A stretch of DNA of 64,000 nt from Felis catus (lineage: Eukaryota): contig NC_058368.1 in NCBI RefSeq assembly GCF_018350175.1, forward strand, positions 29,080,001 to 29,144,000, in the 5' to 3' direction. Positions 1 to 11,885 of the stretch are shown here, one piece after another. A model generated the notes under the pieces. That model saw only the letters and a list, made by a program, of their open reading frames with translations, had not been told where the DNA came from and searched no databases. Numbering within the stretch: position 1 is the first letter of the stretch; each line of letters begins with the position of its first letter. The position numbers were made by a program, and so were the translations under genes.

Positions 1-1809
1 ATGGAAAGCAGGCAGCCTCCCTTAAGTGGCCTTAAATTCCCATTCAGTCGTTCAGGAAAGCAGGACAATGTAAGCCCAGCCCTTTGAAAGGAGAGTTTTC
101 TTTCCTGACACCTCATACCTCCCCTCAGACCATCTCCACGTTCCCTGTGTCTCTCCTGGACTGTGCAGCCACTAAGAGACTCAGAAAACCAGTGTCTGAG
201 CTCGGGCCAAGAAACGCAAGCCAGGTGCTTCTCATCTTAAGAGAAATAAAGTAGTGATTGTGTAGCGCAAAGTCTTAATTATCAGGAGAAAATGCTAATC
301 CAACCTTTCAGATCATGGTAGTACATCTGTCTCTTTATTTCCAAGGAGGGAACAGTTTTACCTTCCAGAACAGGGCTGAAGACAACATGAACAGAATCCT
401 AAACCCCAGGGCGTGGCAGGATTGAAAAGGCAGAATTCGCACAAAGAATCGCAAATTACAAACGGTGCAGCCTGAAAAACACCCCCCTGCAGCAACCCGC
501 CAAGGAGAAGCGATCTCTTCACCATCTCAATCAAGATTTAAAAATCAGAGAAGGATCGAGATCTCATTTTCCCACGTGCCCTGGGACCCGTGAGGCTGTG
601 GCCCCGAACCAGTGCCACGGCCACTCTGAGGGCAGGCTCTAATCTTAGCACAACGGGCCTCCTCAAATCAGAGCGACCTCCCTTCCCAGGCGGTTTCCTT
701 GTCCGTGTGCTCCCTGGCTCCCTAGCCTGCCGCCGGCCTTATGCAACTTCTCTTATCTGTGCACAAGCAATTGCAAACAAATGTCCTTCCGGGCACAGCT
801 AATCTCTCTATCAGTCCTGGATCACTTGAGATTATGATGGTTAATTATAATGGTTTGGGGAGCTCATTTTCCCCATGGTACATTTACGTCTCTGATTTCC
901 CCTTCCTGAAACTTGTCGTCTGAGACTTTTGTTTAAGGGTCACCTAAACCTTTGGCCCCAGCGTCCAGTTTCTGATGCCTAAAATGAGGCAGCCTCATTT
1001 TAGATGAGGCTTTTTGTGTATCAGCCCAAGGAAATAGAGCCAGTCAGGGGCAAAGGTGGGACAAGGGATCAGATGGCAGCCCTTGTTCCATCTGAAAGGT
1101 GTGCTGCTGACCCGCCTTCCAGAATGATCCTGAACTCCGTGTTCTTTTAAGATTCCTTTCCTTTGAGTCTGCTCACCTACCGCCACCCTCACTGGGTAAG
1201 TCATGGGTAAGAATGTTTCCCACACTCCTCTGCGGCTCCCTGAGTTATCCCAGGAACTCGCTCCACACTCCCGCTTTTCTGAGCAGGGCAGCTTCTCACT
1301 CAGAATCCCTCCTGTCACGACACTGCTGCTCCCTTCCCCTCCCGTGGCTCTCAGGGCCTCCTTCCGGCAGCACCAGACCCTGCCCGCCAGATACCCTTGA
1401 CAAGTGAGGGGTCACACTCCGGTCCTCCCCCTCCCAGACCTGTTCTTGGCTGAGCATGGGCTTCCTTTGGCTTAGAATCTACAACCAAGCCTTGACTCTT
1501 CTGATTCCAGAACAGGCTTTGGCCCTGGGCCTAGGACAACAGGTCAAATGCCTCCTGGGAGCACGTAGGAATGGGCCCTTCCCCATATGCTGCATGAAAC
1601 CTCAAATACAAAGGTGATCCTGTTTTGAAATGTTGATAAGCAAGGACAAGCCCATAGGTGAGCAGGCCAGTCCAGGCCTAGGAAGCAGAACTGTCCAGTG
1701 AGCAGCTCAACACCAGATCCTCCAGGGATCTGGAACAGCTCTGCTTTTTTCCCTGGGCCTTCCAAACCAGAACCCACATTTTCATCTCTTTCCTTCCAAC
1801 TAATCCATG

Positions 1810-1910
1810 ACATACACATGCACACACATGCACATACATGCACACCCACGCATACACGTGCACATGTACACATATATGCATTCGTTCACATGTTCAGATA
1901 CACACAGTAT
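1810..1910. repeat. Degenerate (CA/CATG)n purine-pyrimidine repeat
   Basis: catacacatgcacacacatgcacatacatgcac... Confidence 0.8.
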
Positions 1911-2394
1911 GTTAACAATATTCTGTCACCATGGGGCTCAGAAGATTTTACTGACTTGGGAATTTTTGAGTTCTAGGAAAAAGTATTAACACTGTGTCGG
2001 GATCAGGGTCGGCTTAACATCAGACATCTCCCTGGAGAGACTAGGACGTCTGCCTCTTCTCCCTACTATCAGTGAGGGTGTCTGAAGTTCCACCACTAAA
2101 GATTTGTTTCTTTGGGCCTCAAAGCTCTCTCTGTCTTCAGAGGTCCCTTTTTCCCCTATAAATGATAAGCAGTTGGGAAAGGCTTGTTATGGGCCCTCCA
2201 GCTGCAATCTTGGTCCTGGATCAATTCTTCAGATGCTTTGGTAGGGTGGGAGCAAGGCCCTGGGGAAGGGAAAGCAGAAAAAAACCTACAAGGGAAGTGA
2301 GAGGACAGCACAGACAAGACAAATGAGCACCCACGGACGCTGTCTCACTCCTGATCTGCCTGCGCTGTGCAAGAGGTGAGAAATTTCACCCATG

Positions 2395-2775
2395 CCCTCA
2401 ACAGGTATAGACTGAGCACTTACTATGTGCCAGGAGCCATGTCAAGCACTGGGGATACTATGGCAAGCCAAACCAGAGATGGTCGCTGCCTTCATGGAGT
2501 TTATGGTCTACTTGCAGGAGGGTGGGGAGAAATCAACCCCCAAAATCACACTAATGACCATTTCATTACAAACCAGGATGAGTGCACTTAAAGAGGGCTC
2601 TATAAGAATAGCAGTGAGGAACCAGCCTAGACTGGGGAAGCGGGTATGGGCAGGAAGGCTTTCTGAGGACATGATGCTTGAGCTAATTCTAAAGAAGTAG
2701 AATTAATGAGAAAAGCAGAGAAGAGTGAACACCCTAGGTAGTGGGAACTGCATGTGCAAAGGCCCCATGGTAGAA
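2395..2775 (-). mobile_element. L2 LINE 3' fragment
   Basis: ctgagcacttactatgtgccagg...ctgccttcatggagtttatggtcta...gcatgtgcaaaggccc resembles the L2 3' consensus. Confidence 0.7.
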
Positions 2776-3489
2776 AGAAACCACCTAATACTGCCATTGT
2801 GCATAATCCCTAACCTTTAGTAAACTTTGAACTTGAAGGAAAATGCTCCTTTCTAAAAATGTGTTTCCCTTTCCCTTTCCCCTTCCACTTAGCCCTGCAC
2901 CTAAATCAACACCAAGCAATGCAGAGGTGAGCTATGCAGGAGAAAGCCAAAAAAAAAAAAAAAAAAAACAGAGTTGCAGACAGCAGCTATGACAGCCATT
3001 TCCTGTTTGGTGTCTGTCACCACAAACCTCCTTAGCCAAATAAATTAGCACAGGAAAACATTTGGAGAAGGGTGTGGAAGAAACACATACTGAAAAACCA
3101 AGAAAAATAGCCCATCTGCTTTTCAGAGAAGAGCTGCAAGTCTGAGGTAGGGTCAGAGCCCACTCAACTGTAGGGGCTGAACCTGGAGGAAGCTGAGGCC
3201 CAGAGAGGGGCCAGAATCCAGTCAGTGGCAAGGCTGCGGCTTGAAGCTTCTCTCCCTGCCCTTTGTCCTGTGCTCTCTCCCTGCCTCACTCCCTCTGGCC
3301 CTATCAGACTAGATCTGCTGGCTTTCTTCTATCAGATGAGGAACTGGGTGGTTGCAACTGGCCTCTGGGACCCCTGTAGGGTAAGATGGAGCTTAATTTT
3401 GCCTTGGGTACAGGAGCCCAACATCCTTGTGATATGAGGGGGTGGGGGGAGGAAGAATACTAGACGCTTTACATCTTCTGTATTTGATC

Positions 3490-3645
3490 TTCCTTCACAA
3501 GGACCCTGGGAGACACAGACCTACACTCCCATTTTATAAATGAGGAAACAACCTCTGAAAGGAGATAAATATGCCCAAGATTGCCCAGATGCTGCATGGT
3601 ATGGTGAGATTTAACCTGGTCCAGTTTGAAAGCCCATACTCTCTC
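3490..3645 (-). mobile_element. MIR SINE fragment
   Basis: MIR core cccattttataaatgaggaaac...tgcccaagattgcccag. Confidence 0.6.
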
Positions 3646-4227
3646 TTCCTTTGTCCCATCCCATACCCAGAAGGATATTTCTGTGGAGAAACTCAGGGTC
3701 CCCAGTCTTGACTGATTGCCAGTAGGCCACCCATCACCACCTTCTGTGGTGATGTGCCCTCTAACACTTGGGGCCAATGTTCTGTGTAGCCAGGCTCCAT
3801 CATAATTTCCCAATAAGTCATGTCCATTGAACCAGCGAGGCACTCACCCTGTACTGCTCACCTGTTAGTGAGAAACTTCCATATTGTTTAAGCCACTATA
3901 ATTGGCTTTGCTGATTCCAACAGCTTAGATTCAACCCTACCTAAGTATTTGATGTACTAATGTGCATGATTAATCTCAAAGTAGGGTACATATCATGCAG
4001 CATTTTTCAAGTGCGTATGATCTTAATACCTATTTTTCAGAACAGGTTAGGAATGTGTTCCTTCAAAGTATTGAAAGCACTCTTTTCAACATACCCAGAG
4101 CCCCAAGCTGCGACATGACCCACAGCTTGCTTGTCGCCAGTTATTCATCTAACAGAGGTTTATAAAATATAAACTACCCTCACCCCAACAATTCCCTAAA
4201 GGAATTCGCTTCTTTTTTTTTAAAAGC

Positions 4228-4433
4228 ATTTTTTTTAATGTTTATTTATTTTTGAGAGAGACAGAGTGTGAGCAGGGGAGGGGCAGAGAGAGAGGGAGAC
4301 ACAGAATCGGAAGCAGGCTCCAGGCTCTGAGCTAACAGCATAGAGACCAACACAGGGCTCGAATCCACGAACTGTGAGATCATGACCTGAGCCAAAGTTG
4401 GACATTTAACCACCTGAGCCACATACGTGCCCC
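4228..4433 (-). mobile_element. CanSINE (SINEC_Fc-like)
   Basis: Reverse-complement tRNA-derived head, (CT)n linker, A-rich tail; imperfect TSD gaattc(g/a)cttcttttt. Confidence 0.93.
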
Positions 4434-4749
4434 AAGAATTCACTTCTTTTCCCCAAACCACTGACCCTACCCTCACAACAGCCCAAAAAACCAGATACCC
4501 TGCACTTCTAACTTTGGGAGTCCCGGTTCCAAGAGACCATAAAGAAAGAGCTGACAAATGCAGATAGGTCCACAATTCTGGAAGAGGCTAGTAATAAAAA
4601 TGACAGTGACAATGAACAGCCACTGGTATCCTGATGAAAAAGATTTATCCAAAGCAAATAAAGGTCCCAAACGTGAATAAGAAACAGTTCCACATAATGG
4701 AGAAGTTATGTTTAGACAACAAGCCAAGGGTTTGTTTGATTAAAAAAGA

Positions 4750-6201
4750 AAATATTCCCACAACTACCATCATACTTAATGGCAAAAGACCATCAGCTTT
4801 TCCTCCAAGATCAATAACAAGACTAGGTGTGCCTTCTCACCACTTATTTTCAGCATTGTGCTGGGAGTTCTAGCCAGGGCAGTGAGGCAACAGAAAGAAT
4901 GGAAGATGCATTCAGACTGAAAAAGAAGTGAAACTATTTCTATTTGCAAATGGCATGATTTTGTATACAAAATCCGCACACAAAAAATTACTCAAACTAA
5001 TAAACAGTTACAGCAAGGCTGCAGGATACAAAATCAGTATGCAAAATCAAGTGTATTCTGTACAATAACAAAAACAATCTAAAAAAAATATGGAATAAAA
5101 CAATTCTCAAATGTTTTCTTACGTTGTCATCAGAATGAATAAAATACTTAGGAATAAATTTGACCCAAAAAGGTGCAAAATTTATACAGTGAAAACTACA
5201 AAGCAGTTGAAAGAGATTAAGAAGACCTAAATAAACTGAAAGCTATTTCACATTCATGAATTAGAAGGAAGACATAATGTTGCTAAGATGGCAACCAAAC
5301 TGATCTAGAAATTCAGTGCAATCTCTAGGAAAATCCTAGCTGCCTTTTTTATAGAAATTGACAAGCTGATCCTGAAATTCACATAAAAATGCAACAAATC
5401 CAGAACAGCCAGTATAATCTTGCAGAAGAACAAAGTTGGAGGACACACACTTTCTGATTTCAAAATCTACTACAAAGCTACAGTAATGTAGTCTGTGTGG
5501 TACTAAAATAAGGGTAAACATATAGATCACTGGAAGAGAACTGGGAGTCCATCAATCAACCCATACTGATTTTCAACAAGGGAGCCAATACAATTCAACG
5601 AGGAAAAAATAGTCTTTTCAACAAATAGTGCAATGACAACTGGATGTTTATACGTAAAAGAATGAAGTTGGACCTCAGCTCACACCATATACAAAAATTA
5701 GCTCAAAGTCTTCAAAGACTTAAATGTAAGACTTGTATAATGTAAGAGTTGTAAAAAATTATGCAACTCCTAAAAAAAACCATGAGTAACTCTTTGTGAC
5801 CTTGAATTAGGCAATAATTTCTTAGATATGACACCACAAGCACAAGTGACAAAAGAAAAAATAAATTACATGTCATCAAATTTAGAACTTTGGAGCTTCA
5901 AAGGACACACAAAAAAGGTGAAAACATGATTTACAAAATAGGAAAAAATATTTGCAAATCATATATCTGATAAGGGACCTGTATACAGAATACGTAGAAA
6001 ATAGAAAACTCCTACAACTCAATAATAATACAGACAACCTAATTTAAAAGTGGGAAAATGAGGGGAGCTTGGGTGGCTCAGTCAGTTAAGCATCCAACTT
6101 CAGCTCAGGTCATGATCTCACAGTTCATGAGTTCAAGCCCTGTGTCGGGCTCTGTGCTGATAGCTCAAAGCCTGGAGCCTGCTTCAGATTCTCTGTCTCT
6201 G

Positions 6202-6237
<36 letters not shown>

Positions 6238-7020
6238 TCTGCCCCTCCCCTGCTTGCACTCTCTCAAAATAAATAAACTTTGTAAAAATGGGCAAAAGAT
6301 TTTAATCAACATTTCTCCAAAGAAGATATACAAATAGCCAATAAGTACATAAGTAGATGTTTGACATCATTAGTCATCAGGGAAATGCAAATTAAAACCA
6401 CAATAAAATACAACTTTACAACCAATAGGATGCCTTTATTCAAAAATACAGACAATAACAAGTGTTGGTGAGGATGCGGAGAAATGAGAACCCATGTATG
6501 TTACTGATGGGAATGTAAAAGGGAAACGTTTGGCAATTCTGAAGAAGTTGAACATAGGATTATCAGATGACCTGGCAATTCCACTTCAAGTTATGTTCCC
6601 AGGAGAAATTTTAAAATATGTCTACATAAAAATTTGTACATGAATATTCATAATGGCGTTATTCATTAGCCAAAAAAGTAGAAACAACCCAAATGTTCCT
6701 TGACTAATAAATGGATAAACAAAATATGGCATATCCATACAGTGATTATTCACTCATTAAAAGGAAGGAAGCACTGATTCATGCTCAACATGGATGAACC
6801 TGGAAAATAGCATGCTAAGAGAGAGAAGCCAGACCCAAAGGGTCACATACTGTATGATCCCACTAATTCCAAACATCCAGAATAGACGAATCCAGAGACA
6901 CAGATAATTAGATACTGGCGATGGCTACACAACTCTGTGAATATACTAACCACCACTGAATTGTACACTTACAGGGATGAATGTTAAGGCATGTGAATTA
7001 TATCTCAATAAAGAAATAAA
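4750..7020 (+). mobile_element. Old 5'-truncated L1 (L1MB-like): decayed ORF2 3' part and 3'UTR, interrupted by a SINE
   Basis: L1 ORF2-like sequence (tgggagttctagccagggcagtgaggcaa..., gggaaatgcaaattaaaaccacaat) ending gaattatatctcaataaag. Confidence 0.88.
6062..6280 (+). mobile_element. CanSINE (SINEC_Fc-like) nested in L1
   Basis: ggggagcttgggtggctcagtcagttaagc head, (CTGTCT)n linker; imperfect TSD aaaa(g/a)tggg(a/c)aaa. Confidence 0.93.
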
Positions 7021-7724
7021 GAAAATATTTGGGGCTCAACCCCAAAGTTTTCCCAGAACCTGAGGAAAAGACAAAGGTTAAAGAAAAGGCCATGGAGTTT
7101 TCTGATGCCCTAAAAAGCAGATCAAATATAATAGTTACCTCTCGAAGATATAAATAAAATTCCAAGGAGTTATGTTTTAGATTGTGGCCTCTAGAAACAG
7201 AAGGATTGAGTTTGTAACTACCTTGATTCTAATTATCAAAGTAATGCTTGGTTGTTTTAGAGGTTTTAAAGATAGAAAAACATAGATAAGAAAATTATGA
7301 ACTTCCCTGTTTTTGTGCTCTCTCCATCCTCCCCAAAAGGCTGGTGGTGGGAAGTAGGGGTGGTCATTGCCTTCCACATGCAAAGCCCACCCTGTGGAAG
7401 ACCTTGCGTCTGGACCCTCCAGCTCCACAGAAGCCACCTGAACCTAAGTATCAAGCCAGTGCCATCAGCTCTTCCCTAACACACAGATCTGCTAAGAGCA
7501 CCATAACTTTCAAGTCCTCCAGCTGCCCCACCGTTCACTCCTATTTCAGTCCTGGATTTTGAGTGCAAATAGTGTTTCCCTTAATTGAAGGAAAGAGCCC
7601 ACGGCACCTAAAAAGGTGGTAAGATATGAGGAGAAGAGAGGTAGAAGAGAAACCCAACTTCCATCGAAACCACAATCCTCAGTCAATAAAACAACCCATG
7701 GTCCTCAAATTAAGATTCTCGTGA

Positions 7725-7915
7725 GGAGAGCCTGGGTAGCTCAGCGGGTTAGGCGTCAGACTCTTGACTTCAGCTCTGGTCCCCATCACACAGTTGTGAG
7801 ATCAAGCCCCGCATCAGGATTTTTTCTCTCTTCCTCTTTTTCTGCCCCTCTCCCACTCTCTCTTTCTCAAAATAAACAAGCCTAAAAAAATAAATAAAAC
7901 CAAATAAAATAAAAT
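7725..7915 (+). mobile_element. Older CanSINE just downstream of the RGCC 3' end
   Basis: gcctgggtagctcagcgggttaggcgtcagactcttga head, CT-rich linker, A-rich tail. Confidence 0.85.
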
Positions 7916-8129
7916 TTCCCGTGAATCGTATACCAGCATTTCCCTCTGGAGTACTGAATGAGGTTCAAAGTCACACTTCCCCACCCTATCGTCTAGAGTG
8001 ATCTGGAGCATTCAATGCCCTCATTAGGCATCAAGAGGGGTGTTATTCCCACTAGAACATTATTTGAATGAGAATACATTGAAAGAAATTTAAAAAAAAA
8101 GTTTACAACATACAGACTCCAGTTCAAAT

Positions 8130-8135
8130 TTTATT
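8130..8135 (-). terminator. RGCC polyadenylation signal AATAAA
   Basis: Plus strand tttatt; on the minus strand it is followed ~15-35 nt later by a GT/T-rich tract (GTCTGTATGTTGTAAACTTTTTTTTT). Confidence 0.85.
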
Positions 8136-8504
8136 TGCATACAAAAATATATTATACTGGGAAAAGCATATTACTGTTTCCAACTATATATAATTAATTA
8201 CAAATATTTCCATAAATGCACTTTAAATTACAGGAAAGCTATGTTTTGAGAGAAAATACAATATTAGCATGGGTCATCTGTTCTAATATGCTGCAAGCTG
8301 GTCAACAAAGTCAGTTTCACTCTCTAAATTGCCCAGAGATGATCAAAGGCTGGTTTCGGAACGAGTCTGAGAATGGCCTGCTGGTAGGTGAGTTCTCATC
8401 TCTGTCTGCTCTGGCAGCAAATTCCGTAGCTGAGTTTACCAGGGTCCTCGGAGCTTTCTGAAGCTTCTCCCTCAGTATGAAAGGACCCAGAACTTCTCCT
8501 TGTT

Positions 8505-8512
8505 TCACATAC
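8505..8512 (-). CDS. RGCC: RGCC coding exon 5 (S-M-stop), followed by ~390 nt 3'UTR
   Basis: Acceptor ctccttttaacag|GT ATG TGA completes ...LASM*. Confidence 0.93.
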
Positions 8513-9799
8513 CTGTTAAAAGGAGATAAATAAGGTTATCATGCACTCATAAGAGTTTCCAATTCCTAGGCTTAACCAGAGCTTAACACCGTGGCAGACA
8601 GGCATCAAAGCCTCACACTTAATGGCAGGTTTCCCACGTAATGTATGTCTGATTAACTGGTACAACCGGGCGGCCAGCTGCAATTTCCATGAAGTAGGCA
8701 GGCTTGTTCCACGGGTCTCGTACAAATTGTGCTGTAATTACAATAATCTCTGTCAAAACAGGCGTGGGTCTTCTGATGCGGGATGGTATAGCAGGTAAGA
8801 GAACGGGCAAGAGAATGTAGAAAATACACAAGGACTTTCCACTTGAGATTTACGTCTGTCTGAAACAGTATGAGGAACAGGGTCATTTTTACATAACCAG
8901 CTTTGGATCTAATTTTTCAGGTTACACCTGGCTATTTAGCAGAGGATAGCATAAAACATTCCTTATGGAAAATCAACTCTTTCATTAAAAAAATTAAGAC
9001 CCTAGGACAAAATTCTTCTGCTCTGTGACTGAATGAGACCCCCCCCCCCCCAAGAGTAGAGCTGCTGAAACTTTTATCCCAGAAGTCCTAGCTGATTCTT
9101 CTGGCTCCTGTAATCCTTTCCTCTTGAAACAGAGTGGGTAGATTGGTTCTCAGGGCCCCGTCTTCTGGACAACCCCCCGCCCCCATTGTAGTTATGGTCT
9201 GATATCTTCAGTTCCCAACATTTCCAGTCACATAAAGGGGTACCATTAGTGTAACTGCCAAATGGGACACAAAGTAGTGTGTACTTAATCCAGGTTTTTC
9301 ACTAATTGGTGTGAGCCTTTGGCTATGGGGTCTCCCCAGGCCAATTCTTTCTTTTGGGATTCAACCCTTTAGAAGTCAGACCTCCCCAAATCCTTGGATC
9401 TAACCTGGGAACACTTCCTTGGCCCATGGGATGGAACCATCTGGCTTGTTAGCACATTGCTTTTGTAGTCAGTCAGCTCATTTCTCCTCCAAAAAGCCTG
9501 CCAGGACATAGTGATGGTAAAGCTCCAATCCTGCTCTAATAACTACTCTGCATTTTTTAAACAAAATGTCATTGTTTGCTGGTAACCTGTTCTCACTGTT
9601 TGGAAAGGCACACGGTCTACATTAATGCAAACTTGTCCTCAGAATTTCCTTCTGAGCCACTAGGGTCCTGTTTCTGAACCTAAAGGAGCCCAGTGATGTA
9701 ACTTCCTGCCCCCAGGCAAGCTGGTAACTATTATGGCACTTTATCAGCGGTGTTGGTTGGTTTTCTGTTTGATTTTTTTAATACGAGGCGCGTACTCAC

Positions 9800-9862
9800 T
9801 CGCTAATGTTCTGTCAAGATCAGCAATAAAGTCTTCTAGCTCTTTCGTGTCTCCTAGTTTAG
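9800..9862 (-). CDS. RGCC: RGCC coding exon 4 ([21 protein letters not shown])
   Basis: Acceptor tttttcag|, donor A|GTGAGT; 63 nt; conserved RGCC C-terminal motif seen in ORF 9744..10013. Confidence 0.97.
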
Positions 9863-11607
9863 CTGAAAAACAAGAGTCGACCTTCAGTTTCCATATCAAT
9901 GACAGCTCAAGAAGCCCTCTGTTCCCAGGATTATGCGACCCCATTTTGTATCTCTGGATCTTCAGAGACATTATTTCAGACTGTCCTGTACCAACCCCAA
10001 GTGTCTGCTCCAATGTTTATTTACACTCAACTCAGACACTGATTCTGAAGATTAACCTAGACGTCCCCTTCTTGTGTTTTTTCAGTTCATCATCCCCTGT
10101 GCCACCCTCACCCCAACAACCTAGAAGAAGAATCTCCCTTCACTACCTTAAAAGTCTGAGGGGCAGGGGAGAGGAGAGGCTGGAAAGGAAGATGAAAAGT
10201 TTTGATTTTTTTGACTCTGTAGGTTTTGAGTTATCAGTCAAAAATGTCCGGTAAGCGTGGCACAGTGCAGAGTGGACACCCAGATTCAGTATTCCCACTA
10301 AGCCTCGCCTTTGACACATTCTTGTTTGTGCCACCACCCCAGGGCAATACCACAGCCCTCGGTATGAAATGAAGGAGGAGCTGCTGTTCTTTGTCAAAAT
10401 GGTACAGAAAGGCAAACTGAGGCCTCCGGGTCTGGGACAGCCTCATCCCATCCAGCTGTCAGGACAAGGCAGCCAATCCTTGTCTTGATTTTGTTCCCTC
10501 TATATCCTGAGACATATACTCGTTCCTGTAGGGTTTGTCATTCATGCCTTGTCCGAAACGCGTGCCTGGATACTTGTATTAATTAACCCTTGCTGGCTGG
10601 CTACAAATGGCTCGTTGTTCTCAGCTTTTAAAGTCAATTTGCCACTAGGGCTTTTTCCTCCTTCTTTAATTCCTATCTCTTAAAGATCAGGTAGCAAATC
10701 TGGGCACGTTTTCAGCCACTTCCTAGACTGCCCTGTCTCTCTGAATTCAATAGCTCCGTTTTGCAGAGAGCTGGACAACAGCAGAGTCCCTAGTGACTGC
10801 TCAACACTGCTATGTTGAGAGGAGAATTTAAAAATCACTCTTTTGAAAAAGAGGGAAATTCTGCCTTTAATGCCAAGAGTGAGAAAAGTAATAGAATCTT
10901 CATATTTCTTTTTAACCATGTTCCATTTTTACTGCATTCTGCAACTATTTTCAGCAAGTATAATGTTTCTTGAGGAGAAAAACTCCTTTTGTTTTCAAGA
11001 GGGCACTTGTCCAATGTAACAGAACATTCAGCTCTCTAGCTGGAGACACTTTACAAGTTCCAAAAAATAAGAAACTGCTCATGCATCTTTAAAAACTTTT
11101 TAGGTCTATTAATATCACAGTAGAGACAGGCTGGAGCTGCTATTTTAAATCATGTGAGATCATGGCTTGCCTCATGATGATGACCCCCTTGAATTGCTAA
11201 ATTGGTAATCTGAAAGCATTGGTTACATAGTTAATGCAATAAAAAGGATCTCACTTTCTGCAAACCCTAACTGCTAAGTTTTCAATTCTCGAACCAACCA
11301 GTCTGAGAGAGCACTGTCATTTGGCATGGTCTTGATTACACCACGTGAGAGAAAGCAGAGTCTAAAGACAAGCGTTCTTTCTCCCTGTGGATCTGGTTCC
11401 TTGCCCCTCAATTACCTGATTTCATTTTTACACTGATCAGAATCCTGAGAAAGGACAGTTCCACCTCACACCATACGAAGATGTTAGTTTTATCTATTTA
11501 TTTTGCACATTTGGGAAGGGTCGGGGGTCAGGCGGAAGAGACGAGAGACCGGGAAGGGTGAGAGAAGAAGGAAACCAAAACCCTCATACCACCACTCACG
11601 AGCCTAC

Positions 11608-11715
11608 CTTTCCGAGGAGGGACGGTGGGGGAGAGAAGAGCTGGAGCAGCGTCTGTTGGAGAATTCAGTTTTTCATCACTGAAGCTGAAGCTGTTCCTAT
11701 AGAGTGAATCTGCAC
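11608..11715 (-). CDS. RGCC: RGCC coding exon 3 (SADSLYRNSFSFSDEKLNSPTDAAPALLSPTVPPRK)
   Basis: Acceptor tttcctgaaag|GT, donor AAG|GTAGGC; 108 nt; translated by hand (not in ORF track) and keeps frame with exons 2 and 4. Confidence 0.95.
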
Positions 11716-11842
11716 CTTTCAGGAAAGAAAATGTAACTCGTTCAAGATGGTCTTCAGCTCATCTCCCAAAGGAGCAAAGTTGTAAAGAAAACAGGTTGAT
11801 TTCCAGATTTTATAGTCATGCCCAAAAATGATTTGAGATAGG

Positions 11843-11850
11843 GGTGTGTG

Positions 11851-11882
<32 letters not shown>
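11843..11882. repeat. (TG)n microsatellite in RGCC intron 2, ~130 nt from the exon 3 acceptor
   Basis: Direct reading. Confidence 0.95.

Positions 11883-11885
<3 letters not shown>

Noticed and set aside
9744..9799. Read-through of exon 4 into intron 4 giving a basic tail ([18 protein letters not shown])
   Set aside because: The exon 4 donor has a consensus GTGAGT hexamer and the canonical exon 5 completes the known C-terminus; nothing in the sequence supports retention.
9733..10254. 173-aa plus-strand ORF antisense to RGCC exon 4
   Set aside because: No recognisable protein similarity or domain; most likely a chance or shadow ORF.
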